Numbered from the stretch's first letter, positions 47,501 to 55,023 are shown. The stretch: 64,000 bases of DNA from Flavobacteriales bacterium (GCA_016788485.1 JAEUSV010000158.1:972-64971), one strand, 5' to 3'. The notes: generated by a model from the letters alone, not told the origin. Numbers and translations are program-made.

Positions 47501-50500
47501 CGCACCGAGCGACAGATCGTTGATCTGCGTGCCCGGATCGTTGGGGGACACGATGGTTCCCGTGCCGCTCACGAGCGTCCAGCTGCCCGTTGCGGGGAAG
47601 ATGAGGTTGCTGCCCGCCATCACGGTGCTGCTGATGGGCGTGCACAGGTCCTGGTCGGGGCCCGCGTCCGCCACCGGATTGGCCGCGTCGAACACGAACA
47701 CGCTCACCTGGTCCGTGGTCGCCGACGGCGAGCAGGGACCGTTGTTCACCGTCCATTGGAAGATGTTCTCACCTACGGTCAGGCCCGAAACGGTTGTGTT
47801 GGGGTTCGTGGGATCGGCGATCGTGCCCGTGCCGCTCACCAGGGTCCAGAGACCCGAGCCCGGCGGGATGATCGCACTGCCCTGCAGCGTCACCTGGTTC
47901 GGGAAGGTGGGCACACAGATGGAGATGTCCGTGCCGGCGTAAGCGGGGTCCTGGCGGTCGTCGAACACCAGCACGGTGACCTCATCGAAGGTGGGCGAGC
48001 CGCACGCGCCATTGTCCACCGTCCAACGGAAGGTGTTGGTACCCACCGAAAGCCCGTTCACGACGGTGGCCGGATCGTTGGCATTGACGAAGGTGCCCGT
48101 GCCGGCGACCAGCGTCCACTGTCCGATGGCAGGGGCCTGCACCGCACTGCCCTGCAGGGTGGTGCTGAGGTTCGGGCGGCAGAGCTGCTGATCCGGGCCG
48201 GCGCTGGCCGGAGCGGTGGAGGCATCGTTCACGATCACGGCCACCTGGTCGTTCGAGGTGCCGCAGGGTCCGTTGTTCACGGTCCATTGGAAGATGTTGA
48301 CCCCGATGCCCAAGCCGCTCACCCCGGTGCTCGGTGATGTGGGGTTGGCGATGGTACCGCTGCCTGCAACCAGCGTCCATAGTCCGGTGGCCGGGGCCAC
48401 GAGCGCGCTCGCATTGAGCGTGGTGGCGTTGTTCGTGGAGCAGAGGTTCTGGTCCGCGCCGGCGAAGGCGATCGGGTTCGAGTTGTTGAACACCAGGATC
48501 GTCACCTCATCGAAGGTCACCGGGTTCGCGCAGGCGCCGTTGTTGATGGTCCAGCGCAGCACGTTGGTGCCCTGGCCCAGACCCGTCACGGCGGTGGTGG
48601 GGCTTGCGGCGTTGGTGAAGGTGGCACTACCGCTCACCACCGTCCACTGGCCCGTGGCCGGAAAGGTGGGCGCGTTGCCTGCGAGCGTGGTGAAGTTCGT
48701 GGGTGTGCACAGGCTCTGGTCGGGGCCGGCGTTCGCAGGCTGCTGGTTGTTGCTGAACACGAGCACCGTCACCTGGTCGGTGGTGGGCGCACCGCAGGGT
48801 CCGTTGTTCACGGTCCATTGCAGGATGTTCTGGCCCACGCCAAGGCCCGTCACCGTGGTGGTGGGGCTCGAGGGGTTGGTGATGGTGCCGCTGCCGCTCA
48901 CCAAGGTCCAGGTGCCGGTGGAAGGCGCGAGCGGCGTGTTGCCCGCCATGGTGGCCGTGGCGTTGTTGCTGCAGATGCTCTGGTCAGGACCCGCGTTGGC
49001 CGACGGGGCCGACGGACTGAACACCGTGATCGTCACCTGGTCCGTGGTCACCCCGTTCAGGCAGGGACCGTTGTTCACCGTCCATTGGAACACGTTCGCA
49101 CCCACGCTGAGGCCGCTCACCGACGTGAATGGCGAAGCAGGGTTCGCTATGGTGCCTGTACCGCTCACCAGGGTCCAGTTGCCCGTGGCGGGTGCGGTGG
49201 GGGCGCTGCCGCTGAGCAGACCCGAGGTCGTGCATAGTTGCTGGTCGGGACCTGCGTTGGCCACCGGGCTCGATGCACTGAACACGGTGACCACCACCTG
49301 GTCGTTGGTGCTGCCGCAGGGGCCGTTGTTCACGGTCCACTGGAAGGTGTGCACACCCACCGGAAGGCCAGTTACCGTAGTGGTGGGAGACCCGGGCGTG
49401 GTGATCGTTCCTGTACCGCTCACCAGGGTCCACGTACCGGTGGCCGGACCCACCAGCGCATTGCCGTTGAGGTTCACGCTGTTCGCGGGTGTGCAGATCT
49501 GCTGGTCGGGACCGGCATTGGCGGCGGTCTGTGCATTGCTGAACACGGTCACCAGCACGTCATCGGTGGTGGGCGAGCCGCAAGGACCATTGTTGATGGT
49601 CCAGCGGAAGCGGTTCACACCCACGCCAAGACCGGTCACTGTGGACGTCGGGCTGGACGGGTTGGTGATGGTACCGGTACCGCTCACCAACGACCAGGTC
49701 CCCGTGGCCGGTGCGGTGGCGGTGTTGGCGGCGAGCGTCGCGGTGGTGGTGGGCAGGCACAGCTGCTGGTCGGGACCAGCGTTGGCCGCCGCCTGGGACG
49801 GGTTGAAGCTGGTGATGGTGACCTGGTCCGAAGCGGTGCCGCAAGGCGCATAGTCGACCGTCCATTGGAAGACGTTCGCGCCAACACCGAGGCCCGATAC
49901 CGCCGAGGTGGGGCTGTTGGCATTGGCGAAGGTGCCGCTGCCGCTCACCACGGTCCACGTTCCGGTGACCTGGCTGTATGGGAGTGCTCCCGCCAGGGTG
50001 GCCGTGGTCGCGCACACCTGCTGATCGGGGCCGGCGTTCACCGGCGTGTTCGGCGGCGTCACCGTGATGGTGTAACCGAACGCGTTCGTGCCCACGAGCG
50101 GACATGCGTTGTCCTGCGCGGTCACCGCGAAGGTGTTGGTGCCGATGTCGGCCACGGTGGGCGTCCAGCTGAAGGTGCCTGTCTGCAGCGGCGAACCGCT
50201 GGTGGTGAAGGTGGCCCCCGGGATACCGTTGTTCCAGGTGAGCGTCACCGCCTGACCGGCGTTCGGATCGCTGGAGCTGATGGTGAAGTTCACCGGCGTA
50301 CCGGCGCAGACCGTGGTGGAGTATTGGCTGGTGCCGTTGATGCCCGAGGCCGACGGAGCGGAGTTGCCGGCGCATTGGCGCACCACCACCTGCACATCGC
50401 GCGTCACCTCACCCACCTGCACGCCATTGCGGAACTCGCGCACACGGTACGTGACCACGGCCACTTGCTGGATGCTCGGCACCACGGTCATGGTACCGGT

Positions 50501-51280
50501 GGTGGCGTTCAAGGTCACCGCGTTCGCACCGCCCGTGTTGGCGATGGGTTGCGTAGCGCTGTAGCCGGCGTTGTAGGTGAGGTTGGCACCACCCGCACCG
50601 CGGGCGGCGATCAGGGTGTACTGCAGCTGGTCGCCGTCGGGATCGGAGGCACCGGGGTTGTAGCTCACGCTCTGGCCCAGGCAGTAGAAGGGTGTGGGCG
50701 GGGTGAGGAACTGCGTGGAGCTGTTGCACGGGGTCACCGTGTTGTTCAGACGCGCATCCAGGTAGAGACGCTGGTTACCGGGGTTGGTGAGCGAGGTGAT
50801 GGCGTTGTTGCGGCAGCACAGGTCCCAGCTGATGATCCAATCCGTACCGCAACCGGCCCACTGCGTCAGGTTGATGATCTTGCTGAAGGTGTACTTCTCC
50901 ACCCCGTAGGTGCCACTGGTGCTGTTGCAGCGATCGACCTCCGAGGGGCAGATCGGCGTGATCACCTGCACGTTCTCGAAGGCGAAGCAGTCGTTCACGT
51001 TGGCGTTGCACGCGGCCGAACGGTAATTGAAGGCCAGGCCGTTGTTGCAGTTCGTGGGCGCGGCCACACCGTTGCAGTCACGGAAGAAGCTCAGCGTCAC
51101 CTTGTACTGGTTGTTCCCCAGGCACACATAGGTGAGCTCCCCGCCCATGGCGTGCGTCGCGCGGGCCTCCCCTTGGAAGAGGAGAAGCGCCACAGCGGCG
51201 GCCATGGTGTGTTGGATCAGGGAACGGATGGCGGTCCAGCGGACCAGTGCGCTTGTGCGCGAGCGGAACAGTTCAGCCAT
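41555..51280 (-). CDS. Giant T9SS type-B cargo (gliding-motility-type adhesin), 3241 aa with 31 tandem Ig-like modules
   Basis: Signal ...AAAVALLLFQGEARA. Cys-rich N-terminal domain beginning THAMGGELTYVC. 31 modules of about 85-88 aa. C-terminal IIIPNAFSPNSDGRNDNLVI...FNRWGNKV...YYYILDL...GYIYLRR matches the T9SS type-B sorting domain. ATG 51280 preferred because of the AAGGAGG at 51284-51290; the ORF is open to 51334. Confidence 0.85.
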   Translation of the reverse strand: MAELFRSRTSALVRWTAIRSLIQHTMAAAVALLLFQGEARATHAMGGELTYVCLGNNQYKVTLSFFRDCNGVAAPTNCNNGLAFNYRSAACNANVNDCFAFENVQVITPICPSEVDRCNSTSGTYGVEKYTFSKIINLTQWAGCGTDWIISWDLCCRNNAITSLTNPGNQRLYLDARLNNTVTPCNSSTQFLTPPTPFYCLGQSVSYNPGASDPDGDQLQYTLIAARGAGGANLTYNAGYSATQPIANTGGANAVTLNATTGTMTVVPSIQQVAVVTYRVREFRNGVQVGEVTRDVQVVVRQCAGNSAPSASGINGTSQYSTTVCAGTPVNFTISSSDPNAGQAVTLTWNNGIPGATFTTSGSPLQTGTFSWTPTVADIGTNTFAVTAQDNACPLVGTNAFGYTITVTPPNTPVNAGPDQQVCATTATLAGALPYSQVTGTWTVVSGSGTFANANSPTSAVSGLGVGANVFQWTVDYAPCGTASDQVTITSFNPSQAAANAGPDQQLCLPTTTATLAANTATAPATGTWSLVSGTGTITNPSSPTSTVTGLGVGVNRFRWTINNGPCGSPTTDDVLVTVFSNAQTAANAGPDQQICTPANSVNLNGNALVGPATGTWTLVSGTGTITTPGSPTTTVTGLPVGVHTFQWTVNNGPCGSTNDQVVVTVFSASSPVANAGPDQQLCTTSGLLSGSAPTAPATGNWTLVSGTGTIANPASPFTSVSGLSVGANVFQWTVNNGPCLNGVTTDQVTITVFSPSAPSANAGPDQSICSNNATATMAGNTPLAPSTGTWTLVSGSGTITNPSSPTTTVTGLGVGQNILQWTVNNGPCGAPTTDQVTVLVFSNNQQPANAGPDQSLCTPTNFTTLAGNAPTFPATGQWTVVSGSATFTNAASPTTAVTGLGQGTNVLRWTINNGACANPVTFDEVTILVFNNSNPIAFAGADQNLCSTNNATTLNASALVAPATGLWTLVAGSGTIANPTSPSTGVSGLGIGVNIFQWTVNNGPCGTSNDQVAVIVNDASTAPASAGPDQQLCRPNLSTTLQGSAVQAPAIGQWTLVAGTGTFVNANDPATVVNGLSVGTNTFRWTVDNGACGSPTFDEVTVLVFDDRQDPAYAGTDISICVPTFPNQVTLQGSAIIPPGSGLWTLVSGTGTIADPTNPNTTVSGLTVGENIFQWTVNNGPCSPSATTDQVSVFVFDAANPVADAGPDQDLCTPISSTVMAGSNLIFPATGSWTLVSGTGTIVSPNDPGTQINDLSLGANVFRWTVSNGPCVPGTTFDEVVINVFNGSAQPADAGPDQDICSDAGNAVMAGNTPTGLAIGFWTVQSGTGTFDDANDPNTTVTGLSIGANVLIWNIDNGACGISQDPMTVLVFDANQSVANAGPDQSFCLPQTEATLDGSATIFPGQGTWTVIQGTGTFANANDPITQVTGLSVGENIFRWTVGNGPCTPGVSTDDVSIFIFDPSTAAANAGPDQSFCGDASTAQMQGSPVIFPAVGTWTVVQGPATISDVNDPTATISGMSVGETILEWTVSNGPCGTPTTDQVSIFIYDPNVANADAGPAQELCTPQTSTNLQGSGFVFPATGQWALISGTGTIADANDPNSAVTDLGVGENVFQWTVDNGPCSGTPTTSTVSIFVFDASNATADAGPDQELCTPVTSTNLTGSAVIAPATGTWSLLSGSGTIADPNDPNTLVTGLAVGENIFVWTVSNGACGAPTTDQMSVFVFDANNPVADAGPDQELCTPTTSTQLAGSPVTFPANGLWTVVQGTGTFANAADPSTTVSGLGVGENIFEWTVSNGPCANAITTDRVSIFVFDENNPVADAGADQELCTPNISTTLAGSVPVFPAVGTWTLVSGTGTITAPNDPNTTVTDLGVGVNVFEWTMNNGPCATGITTDQVSIVVFDANSPGANAGPDQELCTPASSTNLQGSGVIAPSVGTWTLVSGSGIIADANDPNTLVTGLAVGENVFQWTVNNGPCETGVSSDVVSIFVFDENNPVAAAGADQFLCTPVTSTAMNGSAVIFPASGTWTLVSGSGTFVNPNDPATVVNDLAVGANVFEWTVSNGPCASGVTTDQVVIYLFDENNPVADAGPDQELCTPTTSAQLAGSSVTFPAQGAWSVLSGTGSFGNANVPNTTVSGLSIGANVLVWTVNNGTCATGITSDTLTITVFDDNLPVADAGPDQQRCTPDTTTTMAASPAPFPAQGTWVVVSGTGVFADVNDPNSLVTGLTVGNNVFQWTVSNGPCTNPLSSDLVTITVFDANNPVANAGADQQVCTPLTGTTLAGSPLTFPATGQWTLITGQGTITDPTLPNSTVTGLGIGENIFAWSVSNGPCGAGVTTDLVSIFLFDLNAPPADAGPDQELCTPNTSTQLAGNTPTGAATGVWTVTQGQATFGNDADPLSFVTDLAVGENILTWTVNNGICGISSDNVSIFVFDENNPPADAGPDVEICTPQDSIFLAGNTPTFPATGTWTLIEGAGLFEDVNDPNSKVVGLAIGNNTFVWTVDNGPCNNPITTDTMTVVLYNDSTAAADAGPDLETCIPLTFVQMQATTPQLPATGSWSIISGPGTLVDPADPTTVLNNLQVGITTLVWTLDNGPCANNGILTDTVQVFIYDPAAPTADAGPDQELCLPQDTTSLAGNAPSFPGVGTWSLLSGTGIIADPNDPTTSVSSLSVGVNSFVWTIYNGQCGFGPPSADTVNVVVFDPTQPAADAGPDQEFCTPVGSITMAGNVANAPAVGTWTLVSGNLTIAQPNDPATALTGVAVGTHVLVWTIDNGACSVTSDTVVVLVFSADADAADAGPDQSICVPTQPNSVTMAGNVPTAPATGSWSLVSGTATIVSPTDPATAITDLTVGVHVLAWTINNGPCGQPTTDQVTITVYDAASPSANAGPDQELCTPTNFATLAGSVPTFPATGTWSIVSGTGQLGDPNDPATTVSGIGTGTLVLVWTVDNGPCPNGLTTDTVTITLNDANAAVAAAGPDQSLCTPVENVTMFANQAAAPATGTWALVSGSGTIVSPNDPFTVIADLAEGENIFSWTIDNGACGTTTDEVSIFLFDGTQQPADAGPDQSFCQDTTFTTLAAVPVSGTANGTWSVLVGSVTFADPNDPTTAVTDVGEGANYLLWTVDNGACGVTVDTVIVDRKDCDNIIIPNAFSPNSDGRNDNLVIPGIWYYPDNHLIIFNRWGNKVLDRRNYQNDWDGRSENSLNWGEDLPEGAYYYILDLGNESDPYTGYIYLRR
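41860..50044 (-). repeat. In-frame tandem array of about 255-265-bp coding repeats (31 copies)
   Basis: Each module starts (N/D)AGPDQ.(L/I)C, then ..L.G....PA.G.W..VSG.G.......P.T.V.GL.VG.N.F.W.V.NG.C....D.V.I.VF. I counted 31 AGPDQ-type motifs in the translation. Confidence 0.85.
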
Positions 51281-51451
51281 GTACCTCCTTGTTGTCGGGC
51301 CCGCCGCCGCCAGCCACACCTGCATGTCGCGCATCCATCGGCATGCGCCGTGACCGACATGTTCGGTCAGTGCCCTTCGGGAGGATCACCGGTGCATGTG
51401 CACAGCGGCGAAAAGGGAAGCAGGATGTGTGGTGTACGGACGGGCTCCGGG

Positions 51452-51459
51452 CAAACCTA
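51452..51459 (-). promoter_or_regulatory. -7 box TAGGTTTG, candidate promoter of the adhesin operon
   Basis: Plus strand reads CAAACCTA, about 170 nt upstream of ATG 51280. Confidence 0.3.
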
Positions 51460-51616
51460 TCCCCGGCCTCCTCCGCGGGATCATGCACATACTTCGCAGT
51501 TGTGAACACGGCCGTGTTGAGCCGCAGGCATGCATCGCTCGGAATGCCGCGACCGGCGCGGCAAAGCGAAGGGCACTTTTCGGAATGCGTTCCATGGAAC
51601 ACATCCGGCGCCCTGC

Positions 51617-51988
51617 TCACCGTTCGTAATGGAAGAAGAGATTGGCCCAGATCACCTTCGACAAGGCGTACAGGTAAGGTGACGCGAGCGCCGTGGCCGA
51701 GACCACCACAACGAAGAAGCCCAGGATGCCCAGACCAGGGTTCAACCACCAGGCGAGCCCGTACACCAACAGACTGAAGCCCACGCTCAACCCATAGCTC
51801 ACGAAGAGCGCACCCCAGTAAAAGCCCGGCTCCTTCGTCAACTTCCGGCCGCAGCTCGGGCAACGCTCATGCACCTCGCCCACCTTGGCAAGGTCGTAGG
51901 GATGCGATCGGAACAGGTCGCCCCGCAGACAGAAGGGGCACTTGAGGAAGAGGATGGACCGGAGCTTGGCGCCCCATCGCGATGGCAT
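51617..51988 (-). CDS. DUF983-like zinc-ribbon membrane protein
   Basis: CPFC...17 residues...CPSCG followed by two TM helices (FYWGALFVSYGLSV...). ATG 51988 chosen. Confidence 0.65.
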   Translation of the reverse strand: MPSRWGAKLRSILFLKCPFCLRGDLFRSHPYDLAKVGEVHERCPSCGRKLTKEPGFYWGALFVSYGLSVGFSLLVYGLAWWLNPGLGILGFFVVVVSATALASPYLYALSKVIWANLFFHYER

Positions 51989-52028
51989 GACGCAGCGAAG
52001 GTCGGTGATCCGTCCACATTGCGCCGCA

Positions 52029-52946
52029 TCACCGCGCACGTGCCCGATCGCTCAACGCCAGTATGGCGATCATCAGCGCGATGGCCACCATGCCGGCGAG
52101 ACCCGCAGGAGAGGCGACCAAGGGATGTCCCCCTTGGGTGAACAAGGCGAACGCACCGGCCGATCCGTTGATCAGGCCGTGCAGCAGCACCGCGGCCCAA
52201 ACCGAAGCGGCCATGGTGCGCGCGCGATCGAACAGCACCGCGAGCAGCATGCAGAAGACCACCATCAGCGCGATGCCGGCCAACCGATGCTCACCGTAGT
52301 TGTGGCCCATGGCGATCAGCGGGGCGTGCCACAGCCCCCAGACCACACCGGTGAACACGATGCGTCGCCGTGGCGGCCAACCATCGAGCAAGGCGTACAT
52401 CACTCCGCGCCAGCCCAGCTCCTCCCCCAACATGGCGGGTACGTTCAGCGTTACCGCCGCGCCCAGGGCCATGGCCAGGAACAACAGCAGCCACACGGCA
52501 CCCGGCAACTGCATCCCACCGAGCGCCTTTCGCGCAAGCTCACCGTTCTGCCCCGCGGCCTCGGCCATGGCCACCACGGAGCTCTCCACACGGGCCTGCG
52601 TCAACGCCACATCGCCGAAGGCATCGAAGCCGAGCAGGTTCCCGAAGCACCAGCAGACCAACAGCGTGACCGGTACAAGCGCCAAGCCGTACAGGGCGGT
52701 CCAGGCCATGGGCCCCCACCGAACGCCGCCGAACCCGAGGCCCAGCGCACCCCATCCCTTCCGCCGGAAGAACACCACCAAGAGGATCGCGGCAAGCGCA
52801 GGGCCGAGCATGAAGCCCAGCGCCACCACCGAGTAGGCCAGGCCGCTCGTGGCGTCGACGCCCGTCAATGCACCGATACCGGCGATGCACCAGGAGATGC
52901 CGAAGGCGAGCAGCAGGAAGAGGCGAAGGTCGGACCGAAGTGGCAT
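52029..52946 (-). CDS. CPBP family intramembrane glutamic endopeptidase (CAAX protease / Abi type)
   Basis: Polytopic, with motif 1 EELGWRG and motif 2 WGLWH. ATG 52946 chosen. Confidence 0.8.
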   Translation of the reverse strand: MPLRSDLRLFLLLAFGISWCIAGIGALTGVDATSGLAYSVVALGFMLGPALAAILLVVFFRRKGWGALGLGFGGVRWGPMAWTALYGLALVPVTLLVCWCFGNLLGFDAFGDVALTQARVESSVVAMAEAAGQNGELARKALGGMQLPGAVWLLLFLAMALGAAVTLNVPAMLGEELGWRGVMYALLDGWPPRRRIVFTGVVWGLWHAPLIAMGHNYGEHRLAGIALMVVFCMLLAVLFDRARTMAASVWAAVLLHGLINGSAGAFALFTQGGHPLVASPAGLAGMVAIALMIAILALSDRARAR

Positions 52947-52968
52947 GGGCTGAAGGTAGCCCCTGGTC

Positions 52969-53748
52969 CTATTGCTTGATGAAGCGGAACGCGAACGCTC
53001 CATCGGCCAGCTCCACCACCGCCACATGCGGCCCTGCGGCAAGCGCAGCCACGTCCAAGGTCAGAAGCCGGCCGCCGTTCCCAGGCTCGCGCCGCACCAA
53101 CCTGCCTTGCGCGTCGAGGATCCGCACGCCACGCACATCACCGCGGTCCATGCTCACACGCAACACATCCGTCGCCGGATCGGGATAGTGGAGCACCACT
53201 GGCCTGTCGTTCTCATCCACGCCTTGTGCAAGGGTGACCGAGACATCATCGAACTGGCCCATGCCCGGCTGGATGGGGCCACCGATCATGCCCGCGTTCA
53301 ACACCAGCACCAAGGTGTCGTCGGTAGCAAGCTCCACGGTGTCGGAGAACATCACATAGGTCCAGCTGGTGTCCGATGCGCCTGTGTTCTCCTCCAGCTC
53401 GATCAACCCGTTGTTGATCCGGCCAAGCCCCATGTAAGCCCCGAGGCAGGCAGGCCCGGCATCGCAGCGAAGCCAGGCGGCCATATGAAGCACTTCCCCA
53501 TCGGCGAAGCCCGGCAGCCGCTGGTACAGGTAGCTGGGGAAACAACCCTGGGTCTGCCCCGCTTCCTTGGAGACCGCCCAGTTGCCCGCAGCGGGTGCAC
53601 CACCCACGACAGGGGACGGTGTCGAACACGTCCACTCCCACCCCGCGAGCGAGAACTGTCCGGCTTGTTCGAAACTGCCGTTCACCACTTGAGCTGCCAC
53701 CGGGAAGGCGCTCACAAGCGCACCGAGGAGGGTAAGGTTCCTGGTCAT
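52969..53748 (-). CDS. T9SS-secreted single jelly-roll (CBM4/9-like) protein with type-A CTD
   Basis: Signal MTRNLTLLGALVSAFPVAAQ. VVNGSFEQ...W start typical of CBM4/9-like jelly rolls. C-terminus (LHYPDPATDVLRVSM...VRILDAQGRLV...GPHVAVVELADGAFAFRFIKQ) is T9SS type-A. Confidence 0.6.
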   Translation of the reverse strand: MTRNLTLLGALVSAFPVAAQVVNGSFEQAGQFSLAGWEWTCSTPSPVVGGAPAAGNWAVSKEAGQTQGCFPSYLYQRLPGFADGEVLHMAAWLRCDAGPACLGAYMGLGRINNGLIELEENTGASDTSWTYVMFSDTVELATDDTLVLVLNAGMIGGPIQPGMGQFDDVSVTLAQGVDENDRPVVLHYPDPATDVLRVSMDRGDVRGVRILDAQGRLVRREPGNGGRLLTLDVAALAAGPHVAVVELADGAFAFRFIKQ

Positions 53749-53893
53749 GACGAGTTGCTTATGCACTTACGACGAGCTTCCGGCCCGATGCGCTGCCCGA
53801 GGTCGCCTGTTCACATGCAATTGACCCGAACGACATTGGGAATGAAGGTGGGGGTAACATGCACGACACCCGGCCTGTGTCACTTCGCACCCG

Positions 53894-54421
53894 ATGAAAC
53901 GGACCACGAACGCCCTCCTCGCAGCCGCAACGCTCACCGGATGCGTGCGCGAAACCCCGTTCCCGCCTCCGGTGGACACCGCACCCTTCGCCGGCCGCAT
54001 CGTCATCAACGAGGTGGCGGTGAACGGCGACGACGGTGATTGGATCGAACTGCACAACCCGGGCCCGGCCATCCCCCTCGAGCAAGGTTCCTGGTTCCTG
54101 AGCGATGACCCTGCCGACCCTTTCCGCTTCGAGCTACCTGCCATCGAGCTCGAGGAAGGCGGCTTCATCGTGGTCCGGTGCTCCGGCGATGGGTTCGAGA
54201 GCGATGTGCTCACCGCGCCGTTCGGATTGAACGGCCACGAAACGGGCCTCGCCCTCTCTTTTCTGGATCAAGCGCGGTGCATGACGATCGACCACACTGC
54301 CGTGCAAGGGAGCAGCCCGGGCAATGCGTCCGTGGGTCGTGCGCCGGACGGGACCGGCCAGTGGACACGCCTTGCACCGGCCTCACCGGGCGGACCGAAC
54401 GACGCCGCCCAGGAACCCTGA
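53894..54421 (+). CDS. Lamin-tail-domain (LTD) lipoprotein
   Basis: Lipobox LAAATLTGC. LTD pattern IVINEVAVNG..GDWIELHNPG...L..W.LSDD. Confidence 0.65.
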   Translation: MKRTTNALLAAATLTGCVRETPFPPPVDTAPFAGRIVINEVAVNGDDGDWIELHNPGPAIPLEQGSWFLSDDPADPFRFELPAIELEEGGFIVVRCSGDGFESDVLTAPFGLNGHETGLALSFLDQARCMTIDHTAVQGSSPGNASVGRAPDGTGQWTRLAPASPGGPNDAAQEP

Positions 54422-54467
54422 GCGGAGCGATCCTGACCACCTGCGGGATCCGCTCAGCGGACATCCC

Positions 54468-54475
54468 GACCTTTG
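54468..54475 (+). promoter_or_regulatory. Near-consensus -7 box GACCTTTG, 5 nt upstream of ATG 54481
   Basis: One mismatch to TACCTTTG. Spacer CGCCC, then ATG. Confidence 0.3.
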
Positions 54476-54480
54476 CGCCC

Positions 54481-55023
54481 ATGGCAGGCATCCTTGCATG
54501 GGGCGTCGCAGCCGTGGCGCTGGCGGTGATCGGAGCGGTCCTCCTTGTGAACGGCTACCGTCGTCGTCGCTTTCCGGTGATCATCCCTGGCGTGCTCTGC
54601 CTCATGGGAGCCACCGTGTGCGCGGGCGTGGTGGTGACCAAGGCCGTGCAGCGCGCCTTGCACAATGCGCAGGATGCGCTCGCACCACGACCCGGAGCCG
54701 AGATCTACGCCGCGCTCTTCGGCAAGCCCGAAGCCTGCGTGCAGGTGATCGACGCCCAGGACCAGATCATCCCGAAGCTCGACTCCGCCATCCGCCTCCG
54801 CGTGAACACCTGCCCCGCGGAGGTGCGGCGCGTGCTCCAGCAATACACTTACGAGTTGAAGGTGGAAGCCGCGGACCAGGACACCACCGACCGGTTCTCA
54901 CCGCACACCTTCGGCGACAGCGTGTTCACTTACTCCACCACCATAGTGGAAGGACGCAACTGGCGCACATTGATGATCGCGCGCGACAGCACGCGCATGG
55001 TCGTGGTGGACGCGGCGGACTGA
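54481..55023 (+). CDS. Hypothetical membrane protein (two N-terminal TM helices)
   Basis: MAGILAWGVAAVALAVIGAVLLV and VIIPGVLCLMGATVCAGVVV. In-frame ATG within ORF 54178..55023. Confidence 0.45.
   Translation: MAGILAWGVAAVALAVIGAVLLVNGYRRRRFPVIIPGVLCLMGATVCAGVVVTKAVQRALHNAQDALAPRPGAEIYAALFGKPEACVQVIDAQDQIIPKLDSAIRLRVNTCPAEVRRVLQQYTYELKVEAADQDTTDRFSPHTFGDSVFTYSTTIVEGRNWRTLMIARDSTRMVVVDAAD

Noticed and set aside
41741-51505. Very long plus-strand ORFs opposite the adhesin gene: 41741..45508 (1255 aa), 46856..48337, 48216..49853, 49238..51505 and many shorter ones.
   Set aside because: Their composition is dominated by G/R/A/H/V with no domain motifs. Their periodicity only mirrors the antisense of the 31 coding repeats. 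The minus-strand frame has a signal peptide, conserved modules and a T9SS CTD.
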